The notes beneath the pieces are model-generated. The model was not told the origin of the DNA. It made no database searches and was given only the letters and a program-made list of their open reading frames with translations. From Candidatus Sabulitectum sp. (GTDB taxonomy: Bacteria > Fermentibacterota > Fermentibacteria > Fermentibacterales > JCC-6): a stretch of DNA of 64,000 bases. The stretch lies in assembly GCA_023139045.1 (NCBI GenBank), contig JAGLOJ010000003.1, forward strand, positions 41,240-105,239, given 5' to 3'. Made by a program: the position numbers and the translations under genes. Positions 49,066 through 57,971 of this stretch are shown here, one piece after another (the stretch's first letter is position 1; every line of letters begins with the position of its first letter).

Positions 49066-49715
49066 AAAAGGCTGTAACAATGGTCGGTGTAATACTTCTA
49101 ATTTTCTTTCTGGGATGCGAGAGCAATCCCCTCTACTTCAGACTCTCATCTGATTACTTTCCAATATCACCGGCAGGAGCCACATGGGAATACTCCATTG
49201 CCGGTGGGGGAAGCAGAATAGTCACAGTTGTTGATCAGATCGTTACAGGGGAACGACCCTGCTGGCGGTTGCAGTCGGGAGCAGACTACAGCTACTGGAT
49301 CAATGAGGGAGGCAAACTCGAAAAATACGAGGATCACACAGTACTGTTCAACGGATTTGAAGTACCTATCTACCAGGCCTGGATCACAATGTTTCAGTGG
49401 CCCCTTGCAAATGGAATGACATCCAGAGATTCGGTAAGTGCTCAGGCTGTGAGCCAGGGCGTTACTCTGAGCCATACCTGGATACGGAATCAGACTGTTG
49501 CCGGCCCGGAGGTCTCTCCTGATGGCGTCTGGAGCGATTGCTACAGGATTCACCAGGAAGAAATGGTTATCAACTGGATTCAAACAGCAGGTTTCGCACC
49601 GGAGACAACCATATCTGTGCGCAATATCTGGCTTGCCCCTGATGTGGGTATAGTTATGACGCAGTCTGCTGACAGCCTGATTACTCTTACATCATTCACA
49701 GGCGGAGAGGAGTAG
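49062..49715 (+). CDS. Lipoprotein, hypothetical
   Basis: Signal peptide with lipobox (VILLIFFLGC). Overlaps the upstream OMP gene stop. Confidence 0.5.
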   Translation: MKKAVTMVGVILLIFFLGCESNPLYFRLSSDYFPISPAGATWEYSIAGGGSRIVTVVDQIVTGERPCWRLQSGADYSYWINEGGKLEKYEDHTVLFNGFEVPIYQAWITMFQWPLANGMTSRDSVSAQAVSQGVTLSHTWIRNQTVAGPEVSPDGVWSDCYRIHQEEMVINWIQTAGFAPETTISVRNIWLAPDVGIVMTQSADSLITLTSFTGGEE

Positions 49716-49734
49716 GGCATTTGCCCCGGCACTG

Positions 49735-50727
49735 ATGTCTATTGAATTCAGTTTCCCCCGATCTGATGTTTCAACTGCCGTTCATGTGGTGGACAGGGTT
49801 ACAGACATTGATGTTTCTCCTGATTTTCTTGTTCTGGATTCAGAAGTAAAGAATATTTATGGAGACAGGTTACCTTTATGTGATTATGTAATAGAGCTTC
49901 CGGGCGGTGAAACAAGCAAAACCCCGGACATTCTTGAAAAGCTCTGGCTGGAAATGAACCAGGCGAAACTGAGAAGAGATTCCAGCGTGGTGGTTGCAGG
50001 CGGCGGAACTGTCTGCGATGTTGGTGCATTTGCTGCTTCTACATGGAAGCGCGGGGTGAATCTTGTCCTTGTACCCACGACCCTCTTATGCATGGTGGAC
50101 GCTTCTCTCGGTGGAAAAACAGCGGTGAACATTGCAGGTGAGAAAAATCAGGCGGGAACAGTGTATCCGGCATCTGAAATAATTATCTGCCCTGAATTCC
50201 TGGAAACTCTTCCACCGGAGGAGATGGCTAACGGTCTGGCGGAAGCGTTAAAAACTGCTGTGATAGGTGACAGGCAGATAGTGGAATACCTGCTGAGAAA
50301 AGATTACTCCCGGGCTGTTGCAGCATGCCTTGCAGTCAAAGGCAGAATTGTTGCAGCAGACCTTGAGGAGAACAGCGAAAGAAGACTGCTCAATCTGGGT
50401 CACACAGTCGGCCATTGCATTGAGGCAATAAGCGGTTTCACAGTCGGTCACGGAGCAGCGGTGGCCATGGGCATTCCCGTGGCGGCTGAAATGGGCGGTA
50501 ACCACGATTTTGCCCTGGAATTTAAGGAATTGGCTTGCAAGCTGGGTATTGAGACAGCAATCCCATCTTCTATTACCCTTTCCGGGATGCTCAAACACCT
50601 TGAGAGTGATAAGAAGACTACCGGTAACGGAAGGATCTGGATAATTCCCCGGGGCTGGGAGGATTGTGAGCAGGTTCTGCTGGATCGAACTACCGAAAGG
50701 GAACTGCTGGAAAAAATATGGCAGTGA
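49735..50727 (+). CDS. aroB: 3-dehydroquinate synthase
   Basis: VVAGGGTVCDVGAFAAS ... LVPTTLLCMVDASLGGKTAVN motifs of DHQ synthase. Confidence 0.9.
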   Translation: MSIEFSFPRSDVSTAVHVVDRVTDIDVSPDFLVLDSEVKNIYGDRLPLCDYVIELPGGETSKTPDILEKLWLEMNQAKLRRDSSVVVAGGGTVCDVGAFAASTWKRGVNLVLVPTTLLCMVDASLGGKTAVNIAGEKNQAGTVYPASEIIICPEFLETLPPEEMANGLAEALKTAVIGDRQIVEYLLRKDYSRAVAACLAVKGRIVAADLEENSERRLLNLGHTVGHCIEAISGFTVGHGAAVAMGIPVAAEMGGNHDFALEFKELACKLGIETAIPSSITLSGMLKHLESDKKTTGNGRIWIIPRGWEDCEQVLLDRTTERELLEKIWQ

Positions 50728-51461
50728 AACCTGTTGATGGAGGTTCTTTCTGGGACCATCTTGAGGAGTTCAGAAAAAGAATATTTGTAATGATAATCAC
50801 AGTTGGTGTTCTAACAGCAACTGCATTCTTTTTCAGCAGATACATAACCAGCTATATAACAGCCACTTCGCCGTGTGAACTTATTGCTCTGGCACCTGCG
50901 GAGGCAGTTACAGCACACCTGAGACTTTCCGTTACAGTTGGTGTCATTCTGGCTTCGCCTGTTCTTCTGTTTCAGATGTGGCGATTTGTCGCACCGGGTC
51001 TCTACAGGACTGAGCGAAAAGGTGTTATCTCTGTAACAATTGCAGGTACTTTTCTCTTCATCGGCGGTGCAGCATTTGCCTGGTTTGTAATGCGCAAACC
51101 GGCACTTCTGCTTTTTCAGAGTTTTGAGACCGGGAACATACATGGTGCATGGAGTGTCTCCGCCTACGTCGGGTTTATCGGATCATTCCTGTTGATTTTC
51201 GGTGCGGCGTTTCAGCTGCCCCTTGCAGTTTTGTTTCTGACGAAGACAGGAAGCATAGAGCCCCGGACACTGGGGAAGTATCGCAGACATGCAATTGTGG
51301 GGCTTCTTGTCATGGCTGCCATACTTACCCCACCTGACCCACTCACACAGGTGATGCTCGCTCTTCCACTTTATATTCTTTTCGAGATAAGTCTTGTGGT
51401 GGCCAGAATCTCTTTCCACAGAGCAAAGGGTGTTGATGCAAAAAAGACTTCAGTCGATTAG
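50718..51461 (+). CDS. tatC: Twin-arginine translocase subunit TatC
   Basis: N-terminus FWDHLEEFRKRIF, 6 TM helices, ~245 aa. Confidence 0.9.
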   Translation: MAVKPVDGGSFWDHLEEFRKRIFVMIITVGVLTATAFFFSRYITSYITATSPCELIALAPAEAVTAHLRLSVTVGVILASPVLLFQMWRFVAPGLYRTERKGVISVTIAGTFLFIGGAAFAWFVMRKPALLLFQSFETGNIHGAWSVSAYVGFIGSFLLIFGAAFQLPLAVLFLTKTGSIEPRTLGKYRRHAIVGLLVMAAILTPPDPLTQVMLALPLYILFEISLVVARISFHRAKGVDAKKTSVD

Positions 51462-51541
51462 GGTCAGGACGCGACGCGATGCGACGTATACTTCCGGATA
51501 AACAGAAAAGGCAGTATCCGGTCGGCCCCGAATCGCTGCAC

Positions 51542-52429
51542 TCAGTTTTTGTTTTTCTGCCAGTAATTCACAATAGCCATAAGGGTTGAGCGGAATGGGA
51601 TTGAGGGTTTCCAGTTCAGCTCAGTCTGAATTTTCATAGTGTCTGCATATATGCATTCCACCATCGGGTTGAATTCAGAACTGATCTCCACGGGTACCTC
51701 CATCTCAAGAATATCCTGAAGCATGTTAACCACTTCCGTTCCAGACTTTGGAATGCCAGTACCTACGTTAAACTCTCCTGTAGTTTTCAGCATTGCCATC
51801 AGAACCATGGCTTCGGCCACATCATTTACATCAATCAGGTCTCTTAGAGTGTGAAGGGGCCCGGTTTGCAGCGGGGGTGGGGTTTTCCCCGAAGAAATGC
51901 TGACAAGTTTTTGAGCTACAGCAGAAGTCATCATAGCAGGAGATTGTTCAGCCCCGAAAAGATTGAAGATCCTGGCAGAAGCAAGTGGAATCTTCCGAAG
52001 GGAACATATCTCTTTTGCGACTCTTTCCTTTTCCAGCATGGTTCGTCCATAGTCTGTGACAGGTATTGTGGGATCGCCTTCGCAAACACATCCGCTCTCG
52101 TCCTGCGGAACACCATAGACAGCGCAGGAACTTGCTATGACAATACATCCGGTGGCTTTATCCAGACTGCTGATCAGATTGGCAGTACCCTGAACATTCA
52201 CACAAATCATATCCTTGTAATTGCCTCTGATGCCGGCAAGATGTATAACAGCATCAAAGTGTCTGCCTTTGAGAACTTCTGCAGTCTCTTTCCGGTCCGA
52301 AAGGTTACATTTGATAATTCGGGAAGCTGGAGCAATATCCAGGCCGAGAACTTCATTTCCCTTTTCAGATGCAAGGTGTGTGATCCTTCTGCCCAGGAAG
52401 CCTGCTGCTCCGGTTACAAGGATCTTCAT
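51542..52429 (-). CDS. NAD-dependent epimerase/dehydratase family protein (SDR)
   Basis: MKILVTGAAGFLG N-terminal Rossmann motif. Downstream member of a minus-strand sugar-nucleotide operon. Confidence 0.8.
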   Translation of the reverse strand: MKILVTGAAGFLGRRITHLASEKGNEVLGLDIAPASRIIKCNLSDRKETAEVLKGRHFDAVIHLAGIRGNYKDMICVNVQGTANLISSLDKATGCIVIASSCAVYGVPQDESGCVCEGDPTIPVTDYGRTMLEKERVAKEICSLRKIPLASARIFNLFGAEQSPAMMTSAVAQKLVSISSGKTPPPLQTGPLHTLRDLIDVNDVAEAMVLMAMLKTTGEFNVGTGIPKSGTEVVNMLQDILEMEVPVEISSEFNPMVECIYADTMKIQTELNWKPSIPFRSTLMAIVNYWQKNKN

Positions 52430-53154
52430 ACTATTTCTTGAAGATACACCGACGGATCGGCAGTGAATTCTTCCTGCGCGGCAGCATAATCGTCAGGATT
52501 TCCTATATCAAGCCAGCGGGCTTCACTGAACTGGCATTCAACCAGTTCTCCAGCTCTGCCAAGGGTTTGCACAAGATCGGGGAAATCCATAATTTTACCC
52601 TCAGGTATAAATTCCAGTGCTTTTTTTGAGTATGCATAGATTCCCATGCTTACATCATAATCGTAAGATGGTTTTTCCAGATATCCGGTAACTTTCCTGC
52701 CTTCGTGTTTCACAACTCCCAGTTGCAGTTTTACTCTTTTGCTGTGCATGGCAATGGTCAGGGTTGCTCCGGAGGTTACATGGTTTTTGTACAATCTGTC
52801 GAAGTCGAGAGTGGTAAACAAGTCTCCATTCAGAACCAGAAAATGTTCAGGAAGATTGTCAATCAGCCGAAGCGGTGCCGCAGTTCCGAGAGGAGAAGAT
52901 TCCTTGACCCAGGTGAAAGTAACGCCTTTTTTCTTTAAAGGGTGGTCATGAAAGTAGGCCCTGAGCAGTTCACCAAGGTAACCGGTGGAGAAGATTAATT
53001 CGTTGAAGCCGGATGCCACCAGCTGCCGCACCAGAATTTCAACAACGGGATACTGCCCGAGAGGAACAAGTGGTTTCGGAAATATTGCGGTGTAGGGTGC
53101 AAGTCTTGTGCCTTTTCCTCCTGCAAGGATAACGGCAACATGTCTTTCTGTCAT
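52426..53154 (-). CDS. Sugar-phosphate nucleotidyltransferase
   Basis: VAVILAGGKGTRLAPYT...PKPLVP motif. The start is taken at M19 of the listed ORF (MTERHVAVILAGG), which avoids overlap with the GT2 gene. Confidence 0.85.
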   Translation of the reverse strand: MTERHVAVILAGGKGTRLAPYTAIFPKPLVPLGQYPVVEILVRQLVASGFNELIFSTGYLGELLRAYFHDHPLKKKGVTFTWVKESSPLGTAAPLRLIDNLPEHFLVLNGDLFTTLDFDRLYKNHVTSGATLTIAMHSKRVKLQLGVVKHEGRKVTGYLEKPSYDYDVSMGIYAYSKKALEFIPEGKIMDFPDLVQTLGRAGELVECQFSEARWLDIGNPDDYAAAQEEFTADPSVYLQEIV

Positions 53155-53197
53155 ACGGAATACCCCCCCCCGTCCGGTATGTCTGAATACACCCGGG

Positions 53198-53920
53198 CTA
53201 ACGACCAAATATCTTTCTTTTTAATAAATACTCGAACATTTCAATAAGGATGTTCAGTATGACTGATGGCTTGTCCAGCGATGACTCTCCGTGTGTCCGC
53301 GGGGTATAAACAAACCCGAGTTCGCAAATCTCAGTTCCCGTGCGGCGAATCTCTGCCACCAGTTCGGCATCGTAGAAGCAGCCATTCGCGCGCAGTTTCA
53401 GTTTTTTCAGAAGATGACGCGAGACAACCTTCATGGAAAAATTCACATCCCGGACATTGAGCCTGAAGAAGAACTGTATTATGCCATTGTAGACCGAACT
53501 GAACAGCTTTCTCTTGAAGCTTTCCCGTTCCCCGATCCGGTAACCGATTACAACATCGTTTGCACTCAGGAGAGGAATGATTCTTCCTATCTCTCCAACA
53601 TCAAAAGGCTCATCACCGTCGATGTAGAGAATGTAGCCCATGGTTGAATTGGCAAACCCGAGTCTGATCGCACTTCCCAGACCTTCCCTGTTTATCTGGT
53701 GAATAACACGGATATGAGAATCAGATGCAGCCAGTCTGTCGGCTATTTCTGCAGTAAGGTCTGTACTTCCACTCTCGATGATCAGTATTTCGTAATCACT
53801 GAACCCATTTGCCAGAACTCCCATGAGTGTTTTGACGGCGTTTTCCACATTATTCTCTTCGTTGTATACAGGAACAACTGCGGAAATAGTAGGTGCATCT
53901 GTTCTGTCAGCAACGGTCAT
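53198..53920 (-). CDS. Glycosyltransferase family 2 (polyprenol-phosphate sugar transferase-like)
   Basis: ISAVVPVYNEE and YEILIIESGSTD (DxD-type) motifs. Confidence 0.85.
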   Translation of the reverse strand: MTVADRTDAPTISAVVPVYNEENNVENAVKTLMGVLANGFSDYEILIIESGSTDLTAEIADRLAASDSHIRVIHQINREGLGSAIRLGFANSTMGYILYIDGDEPFDVGEIGRIIPLLSANDVVIGYRIGERESFKRKLFSSVYNGIIQFFFRLNVRDVNFSMKVVSRHLLKKLKLRANGCFYDAELVAEIRRTGTEICELGFVYTPRTHGESSLDKPSVILNILIEMFEYLLKRKIFGR

Positions 53921-54050
53921 ATGTAAGTTCCTCCGAGGACTGTTATGCCTGAATTCTTAACAAAGAACACCCTGGCTGCATTTCGCACAATATAATGAAA
54001 TGGTAATGAACAATCTTTGATCTTCAATTGTATTTGCCACTGTTTTTTCT

Positions 54051-54079
54051 TTGACATGTAAACAAGTGTATACTATTTT
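54051..54079 (+). promoter_or_regulatory. Sigma70-like promoter upstream of the small ORF and dinB
   Basis: Perfect -35 TTGACA, 17 nt spacer, TATTTT (alternatively TACTAT at 14 nt). About 30 nt upstream of the TTG start with its GGAGG SD. Confidence 0.45.
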
Positions 54080-54109
54080 ACCTTCGGAGGAAGATGTCGG
54101 AGGTGAATT

Positions 54110-54361
54110 TTGCAGGATATTGGAGAGCGTATAGAGATGATCTGCCACTTTGCAGGGGGCAGTGTGACCCCGTGCAGGTTTCGCTGGCAGAGCCGTGTTT
54201 ATCATGTGGTCAGGGTATCCTCATCATGGGAGAGTCGACGGGGTACTGTTAAATTGTATCACTATGTTGTCCGCACATCCGCTGACGATGTGTATGAGGT
54301 TCATCTCAATACCGAGACCATGGGCTGGATCATAGACTGCGAGTATTCCCATGGAGCCTGA
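54110..54361 (+). CDS. Small hypothetical protein (83 aa), translationally coupled to dinB
   Basis: TTG start 6 nt after a GGAGG SD. The stop overlaps the dinB ATG by 11 nt. No recognisable family. Confidence 0.45.
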   Translation: MQDIGERIEMICHFAGGSVTPCRFRWQSRVYHVVRVSSSWESRRGTVKLYHYVVRTSADDVYEVHLNTETMGWIIDCEYSHGA

Positions 54362-55505
54362 AAGACGGATACTTCATGTAGATATGGATGCCTACTTCGC
54401 TTCGGTTGAACTGCTGGGTCGGGAAGAACTTCACGGTAAGCCTGTAATTGTGGGTGGTGACCCAGGTTTTCGCTCGGTGGTAACCTCCTGTACTTATGAG
54501 GCCAGGAAATACGGAGTACACGCCGGAATGCCCATGACACGGGCACTGAATCTTGTTCCCCATGCAGTGATACTTTCGGGGAGTTTTGCCCGTTACAAAA
54601 CATACAGCAACCGAATTTTTGCGGTGCTCCTTTCGTTTACTCCCAGGGTGCAGGCTACCAGTATAGACGAGGCTTTCATGGATATTACAGGTACCCCCGG
54701 CGGGATTATTGATCGGGCCATGGAGATACAGGAAGCGGTTTATGAGGCCACTTCCCTGTGGTGTACAGTTGGCTGCGGTCCCAACAGACTTCTGGCTAAA
54801 ATGGCATCAAACCTGAACAAGCCACGAGGGGCAGGGCTGCTTATGCCTGATGATATTACCGATCTTCCCATAGGTGCTATATGGGGAATAGGGCCCAGCA
54901 CCGCTGATAAACTGGGAATGTTCGGCATCGATACAATCGGGAAGCTCCGAAATCTCACCAGGGGAACCCTCCGATCTGTTCTGGGCTCCAGTGGAGAAGA
55001 GATATACAGGTATGCCAGAGGGATAGATGACAGGCCGGTACAATTCTTTGGCTACAGGGAGCCTCCGAAATCAATGGGGCACGAGCACACATTCAGTCAG
55101 GATGTATCTGCTCCGGAAGACTATATGCCTGCTCTGGCCATGGTGTGTCAGAAAACCGGATGTCGCGTTCGGGAAGGAGGCTGGCTGGGAGGTGTTGTGA
55201 CCCTGAAGTACCGCCTCAGGAACATGAAAAGAATAACCCGTCGCAGAATACTCGCGTCGCCCACCGATCAGGATCAGACAATACTTGCTGCGGCTGAGGA
55301 AATGGCCAGGGGGCACATTGATCAGCCAATACGCCTCATCGGCGTCTCCATCAGTCACTTTGTGCCCTCTAAAACTGCACAGCTTTCTTTTTTTCCGGAA
55401 AAGACAGTAGAGCTGAACAGGGTTGCCGACAAGGTGAGGAACCGTTACGGAGACAAAGCCATGGTCAGTGGCAGGGCTCTGGAGTACCTTCAGGGGAATT
55501 GGTAA
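54351..55505 (+). CDS. dinB: DNA polymerase IV (Y-family)
   Basis: RILHVDMDAYFASVELL N-terminus, the hallmark of DinB/UmuC-family polymerases. ~380 aa. Confidence 0.95.
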   Translation: MEPERRILHVDMDAYFASVELLGREELHGKPVIVGGDPGFRSVVTSCTYEARKYGVHAGMPMTRALNLVPHAVILSGSFARYKTYSNRIFAVLLSFTPRVQATSIDEAFMDITGTPGGIIDRAMEIQEAVYEATSLWCTVGCGPNRLLAKMASNLNKPRGAGLLMPDDITDLPIGAIWGIGPSTADKLGMFGIDTIGKLRNLTRGTLRSVLGSSGEEIYRYARGIDDRPVQFFGYREPPKSMGHEHTFSQDVSAPEDYMPALAMVCQKTGCRVREGGWLGGVVTLKYRLRNMKRITRRRILASPTDQDQTILAAAEEMARGHIDQPIRLIGVSISHFVPSKTAQLSFFPEKTVELNRVADKVRNRYGDKAMVSGRALEYLQGNW

Positions 55506-56353
55506 TCATGGATCTGTTTGAAAGAAGCGCGGAAGAAAAAGAATTACCTGAGGGCGCCAGGCTGTTTCTGGGCACATCAGGCTACAGTTTTCCAGACTGG
55601 CTGAATGTATTCTACCCGCCACGCATCGCGAAGAAAGACTGGCTCAAATATTACGCTCTGAGGTTCAACTCGGTTGAGATCAATTCCACCTACTACAGAA
55701 TACTCTCCCGCAGTTCCACCGGAAAAATGGCAGATTCTGTTCCGGGCGGCTTTTCCTTTTCTGTTAAGCTTCACTCCTCAATGACTCATTCCCGTGACGC
55801 AAGCAAGGATGACTGGATCGCTTTTCACCGGATGCTTTCACCCTTTGTTCAGTCAGACAAAATGGGATTGATCCTCGCACAGTTCCCATGGTCATTCCCG
55901 CTGGAAGAGGAATCATTCAGTTACCTGGCTGCTCTTAGTGATAACCTGGGGAACAAAAAAGCTGCTGTTGAGTTCAGGCACGAGAAATGGTACGCCCGGG
56001 AACCGATAGAGCGGGTGTGTGAAATGGGTTTCACTCCGGTGTCAATTGATCTTCCAGGTTTGCCGGGGCTGCCAGCGACGGGCCTGCTCACCGGTGAGAA
56101 TACTGTTTACATCAGGCTCCACGGAAGGAATTCCGGCAAGTGGCGGGGGAACACTCAGGAGAGGTACGACTATCTCTATTCAGGCAAGGAAATGATTACA
56201 TGGGTTGACAAACTGAGAAGCCTGTCAAAGGATGTGAAGAGGTGCTATGTTTTCTTTAACAATTGTCACATGGGAAAAGCGGCTCTTAATGCCGAGGATA
56301 TGCAGAGACTCATGGTTGACATGATTAAGAGCAGTTTGTATTACGACAGGTAG
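55499..56353 (+). CDS. DUF72 (YecE-like) domain protein
   Basis: LFLGTSGYSFPDW N-terminus typical of DUF72, 284 aa. The start overlaps the dinB stop. Confidence 0.85.
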   Translation: MVIMDLFERSAEEKELPEGARLFLGTSGYSFPDWLNVFYPPRIAKKDWLKYYALRFNSVEINSTYYRILSRSSTGKMADSVPGGFSFSVKLHSSMTHSRDASKDDWIAFHRMLSPFVQSDKMGLILAQFPWSFPLEEESFSYLAALSDNLGNKKAAVEFRHEKWYAREPIERVCEMGFTPVSIDLPGLPGLPATGLLTGENTVYIRLHGRNSGKWRGNTQERYDYLYSGKEMITWVDKLRSLSKDVKRCYVFFNNCHMGKAALNAEDMQRLMVDMIKSSLYYDR

Positions 56354-56383
56354 GCGTTTGTGCAGAGAGCTTGGGGTAAGAAT

Positions 56384-56602
56384 ATGGCGAACACAATCCA
56401 GATAGATAAAATGACCAGGCAGGAAAAGCTTCAGATAATGGAAGCTTTGTGGGTGTCTCTGTCTGTTGATGACGAGGAAGTTGTATCACCGCTATGGCAC
56501 GAGCACAGCCTGCGGGAGACAGATTTAAGAATGTCAGCAGGGCAGGAGCAGGTTACAGACTGGACAAAAGCCAAACAGGAACTCAGAAAACGATTTGAAT
56601 GA
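56384..56602 (+). CDS. Putative addiction-module antitoxin component (small helical protein)
   Basis: About 72 aa (MANTIQIDKMTRQEKLQIMEALWVSL...). The stop overlaps the start of the ParE-like toxin (ATGA). The start could instead be 56360 or 56411. Confidence 0.6.
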   Translation: MANTIQIDKMTRQEKLQIMEALWVSLSVDDEEVVSPLWHEHSLRETDLRMSAGQEQVTDWTKAKQELRKRFE

Positions 56603-56880
56603 GAATCAGAATACTTGCTTCGGCAATAGATGATCTGTATGCCGGGCGGGTTTTTTACGAAAAGCAGGGAGAAGGGCTTGGTGAGTACTTCTTTGATTCT
56701 TTAGCACTTTACGCAGGTATTCACCCCATTCGGTTTGGCCATTACCGCCTTTTGAGCAGGCGATTCCCTTTTGCCGTCTACTATCTGTTTGAAGGTGATG
56801 TTGTGGTAATTCGCAGGGTTCTTGATCTGCGTCGGAATCCTCTACAAACACGGCGGATACTTACTTATGTAAAGCCGTAG
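56599..56880 (+). CDS. parE: Type II toxin-antitoxin system toxin, ParE/RelE superfamily
   Basis: 93 aa with ParE/RelE-like pattern (...FAVYYLFEGDVVVIRRVLDLRRNP). Confidence 0.75.
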   Translation: MRIRILASAIDDLYAGRVFYEKQGEGLGEYFFDSLALYAGIHPIRFGHYRLLSRRFPFAVYYLFEGDVVVIRRVLDLRRNPLQTRRILTYVKP

Positions 56881-56923
56881 CAGATTATTCTTTCCTGAGT
56901 TCTTATTTTGTTAAAGGACGGGA

Positions 56924-57026
56924 CAGGGGAACACCCGGTATAGCGTATGACTATCTGTATTCAGGTATGAAAATTGTCACATGGGAAAAGCAGCTCTTAA
57001 CGCTGCAGACATGCAGAGACTTATGG
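56924..57026 (+). repeat. Degenerate direct-repeat copy of the DUF72 gene 3' end (matches 56146-56196 and 56262-56316)
   Basis: About 85-90% nucleotide identity to two segments of the DUF72 gene. The intervening 65 bp (56197-56261, bounded by short acatggg repeats) is missing from the copy. The copy runs directly into the next gene's ATG at 57038. Confidence 0.8.
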
Positions 57027-57037
57027 GAGAATAACAG

Positions 57038-57970
57038 ATGAAAAAAGTAACAGTATTTGCAATCCTTTCTCTTTTGCTGGCGTGCGCTACAGGCCCTTCC
57101 ATCAGCAGTGAGTTTCCGTTTTCATATCTTCAGGATGTGTACACCGGTGGTCCTCCCACTGCTTGTGATTTCCTTGGGGGAACCGGAGACGGTCTGGCTG
57201 CTGCGGGAACCTACCTGTATTTTATTGACTCCGAGTCCGGCATTGCAGCAAGCTACGGGGTTCCGCTTGGCGTTCCCATTACAGATGTGGCCGGTTCACC
57301 GGAGGGTGGCTACGGTCTTGCTATCGGTGGTAATGTACTCTATGTGGTTTCCAACGACATATACACAGTTCATAAGCAGGTGCTTCTTTCTGAGGTGGGT
57401 AGTTTCATAATTCCCCGTCCTTCCTCCACAACGGTCTTTGTTGTCTGTGCCGACGGCACTCTGGTCAAGGTGGAGACAGTTGGGTGGACCATCACGAAGT
57501 CAGGCCCCACAGATGCAACCGATCCGGCAGCAGCAGCTCTTGGCACCAGCGGAAACTACATTTTCATTGCTGACAGTGACGGCAAGGTGTACAAGATATC
57601 CACCAGTGATTTCTCCACAGTGGCGGAAACAACAGTAGACGGTGGAGTGAACGGAATGTGCTCTACCGTTCTGGGTGAGGTCTTTGTTTCTCCCGAAGGG
57701 AAAAGTGAGGTCTGGGCCATAGACTGCGGCACCGGTCAGCACTCAAGAACCTTTAATGTTCCATACCCTGCCACTGCCCTGGCTGTGACCAGCAACGGCA
57801 AGTACTTTTACGCCACAGTCCCGGGGCATGGATTCGCGGTAGTGAATACAGTGGATAACACCGTTGAAGCTGTAATCGGCAGATTTGGTGATCCTGTGGA
57901 CATGGCGATAAATAACCAGACCACCAGGGCACTGCTCTGTACGTCAGACCTTTTCGTTCTGCGGCGTTAA
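57038..57970 (+). CDS. Lipoprotein with YVTN-type beta-propeller repeats
   Basis: Lipobox LLLAC in the signal peptide. Repeats resembling the 40-residue YVTN family (YFYATVPGHGFAVVNTVDNTV). Confidence 0.6.
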   Translation: MKKVTVFAILSLLLACATGPSISSEFPFSYLQDVYTGGPPTACDFLGGTGDGLAAAGTYLYFIDSESGIAASYGVPLGVPITDVAGSPEGGYGLAIGGNVLYVVSNDIYTVHKQVLLSEVGSFIIPRPSSTTVFVVCADGTLVKVETVGWTITKSGPTDATDPAAAALGTSGNYIFIADSDGKVYKISTSDFSTVAETTVDGGVNGMCSTVLGEVFVSPEGKSEVWAIDCGTGQHSRTFNVPYPATALAVTSNGKYFYATVPGHGFAVVNTVDNTVEAVIGRFGDPVDMAINNQTTRALLCTSDLFVLRR

Positions 57971-57971
57971 G

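Noticed and set aside
51462-51541. GACGCG-type short tandem motif (gacgcgacgcgatgcgacg) between tatC and the convergent epimerase gene
   Set aside because: It is about 19 bp with only imperfect 6-mer repeats and no spacer/repeat periodicity, so it is not a CRISPR array or a meaningful tandem repeat. A nearby CCGGATA…TATCCGG hairpin probably acts as a bidirectional terminator.
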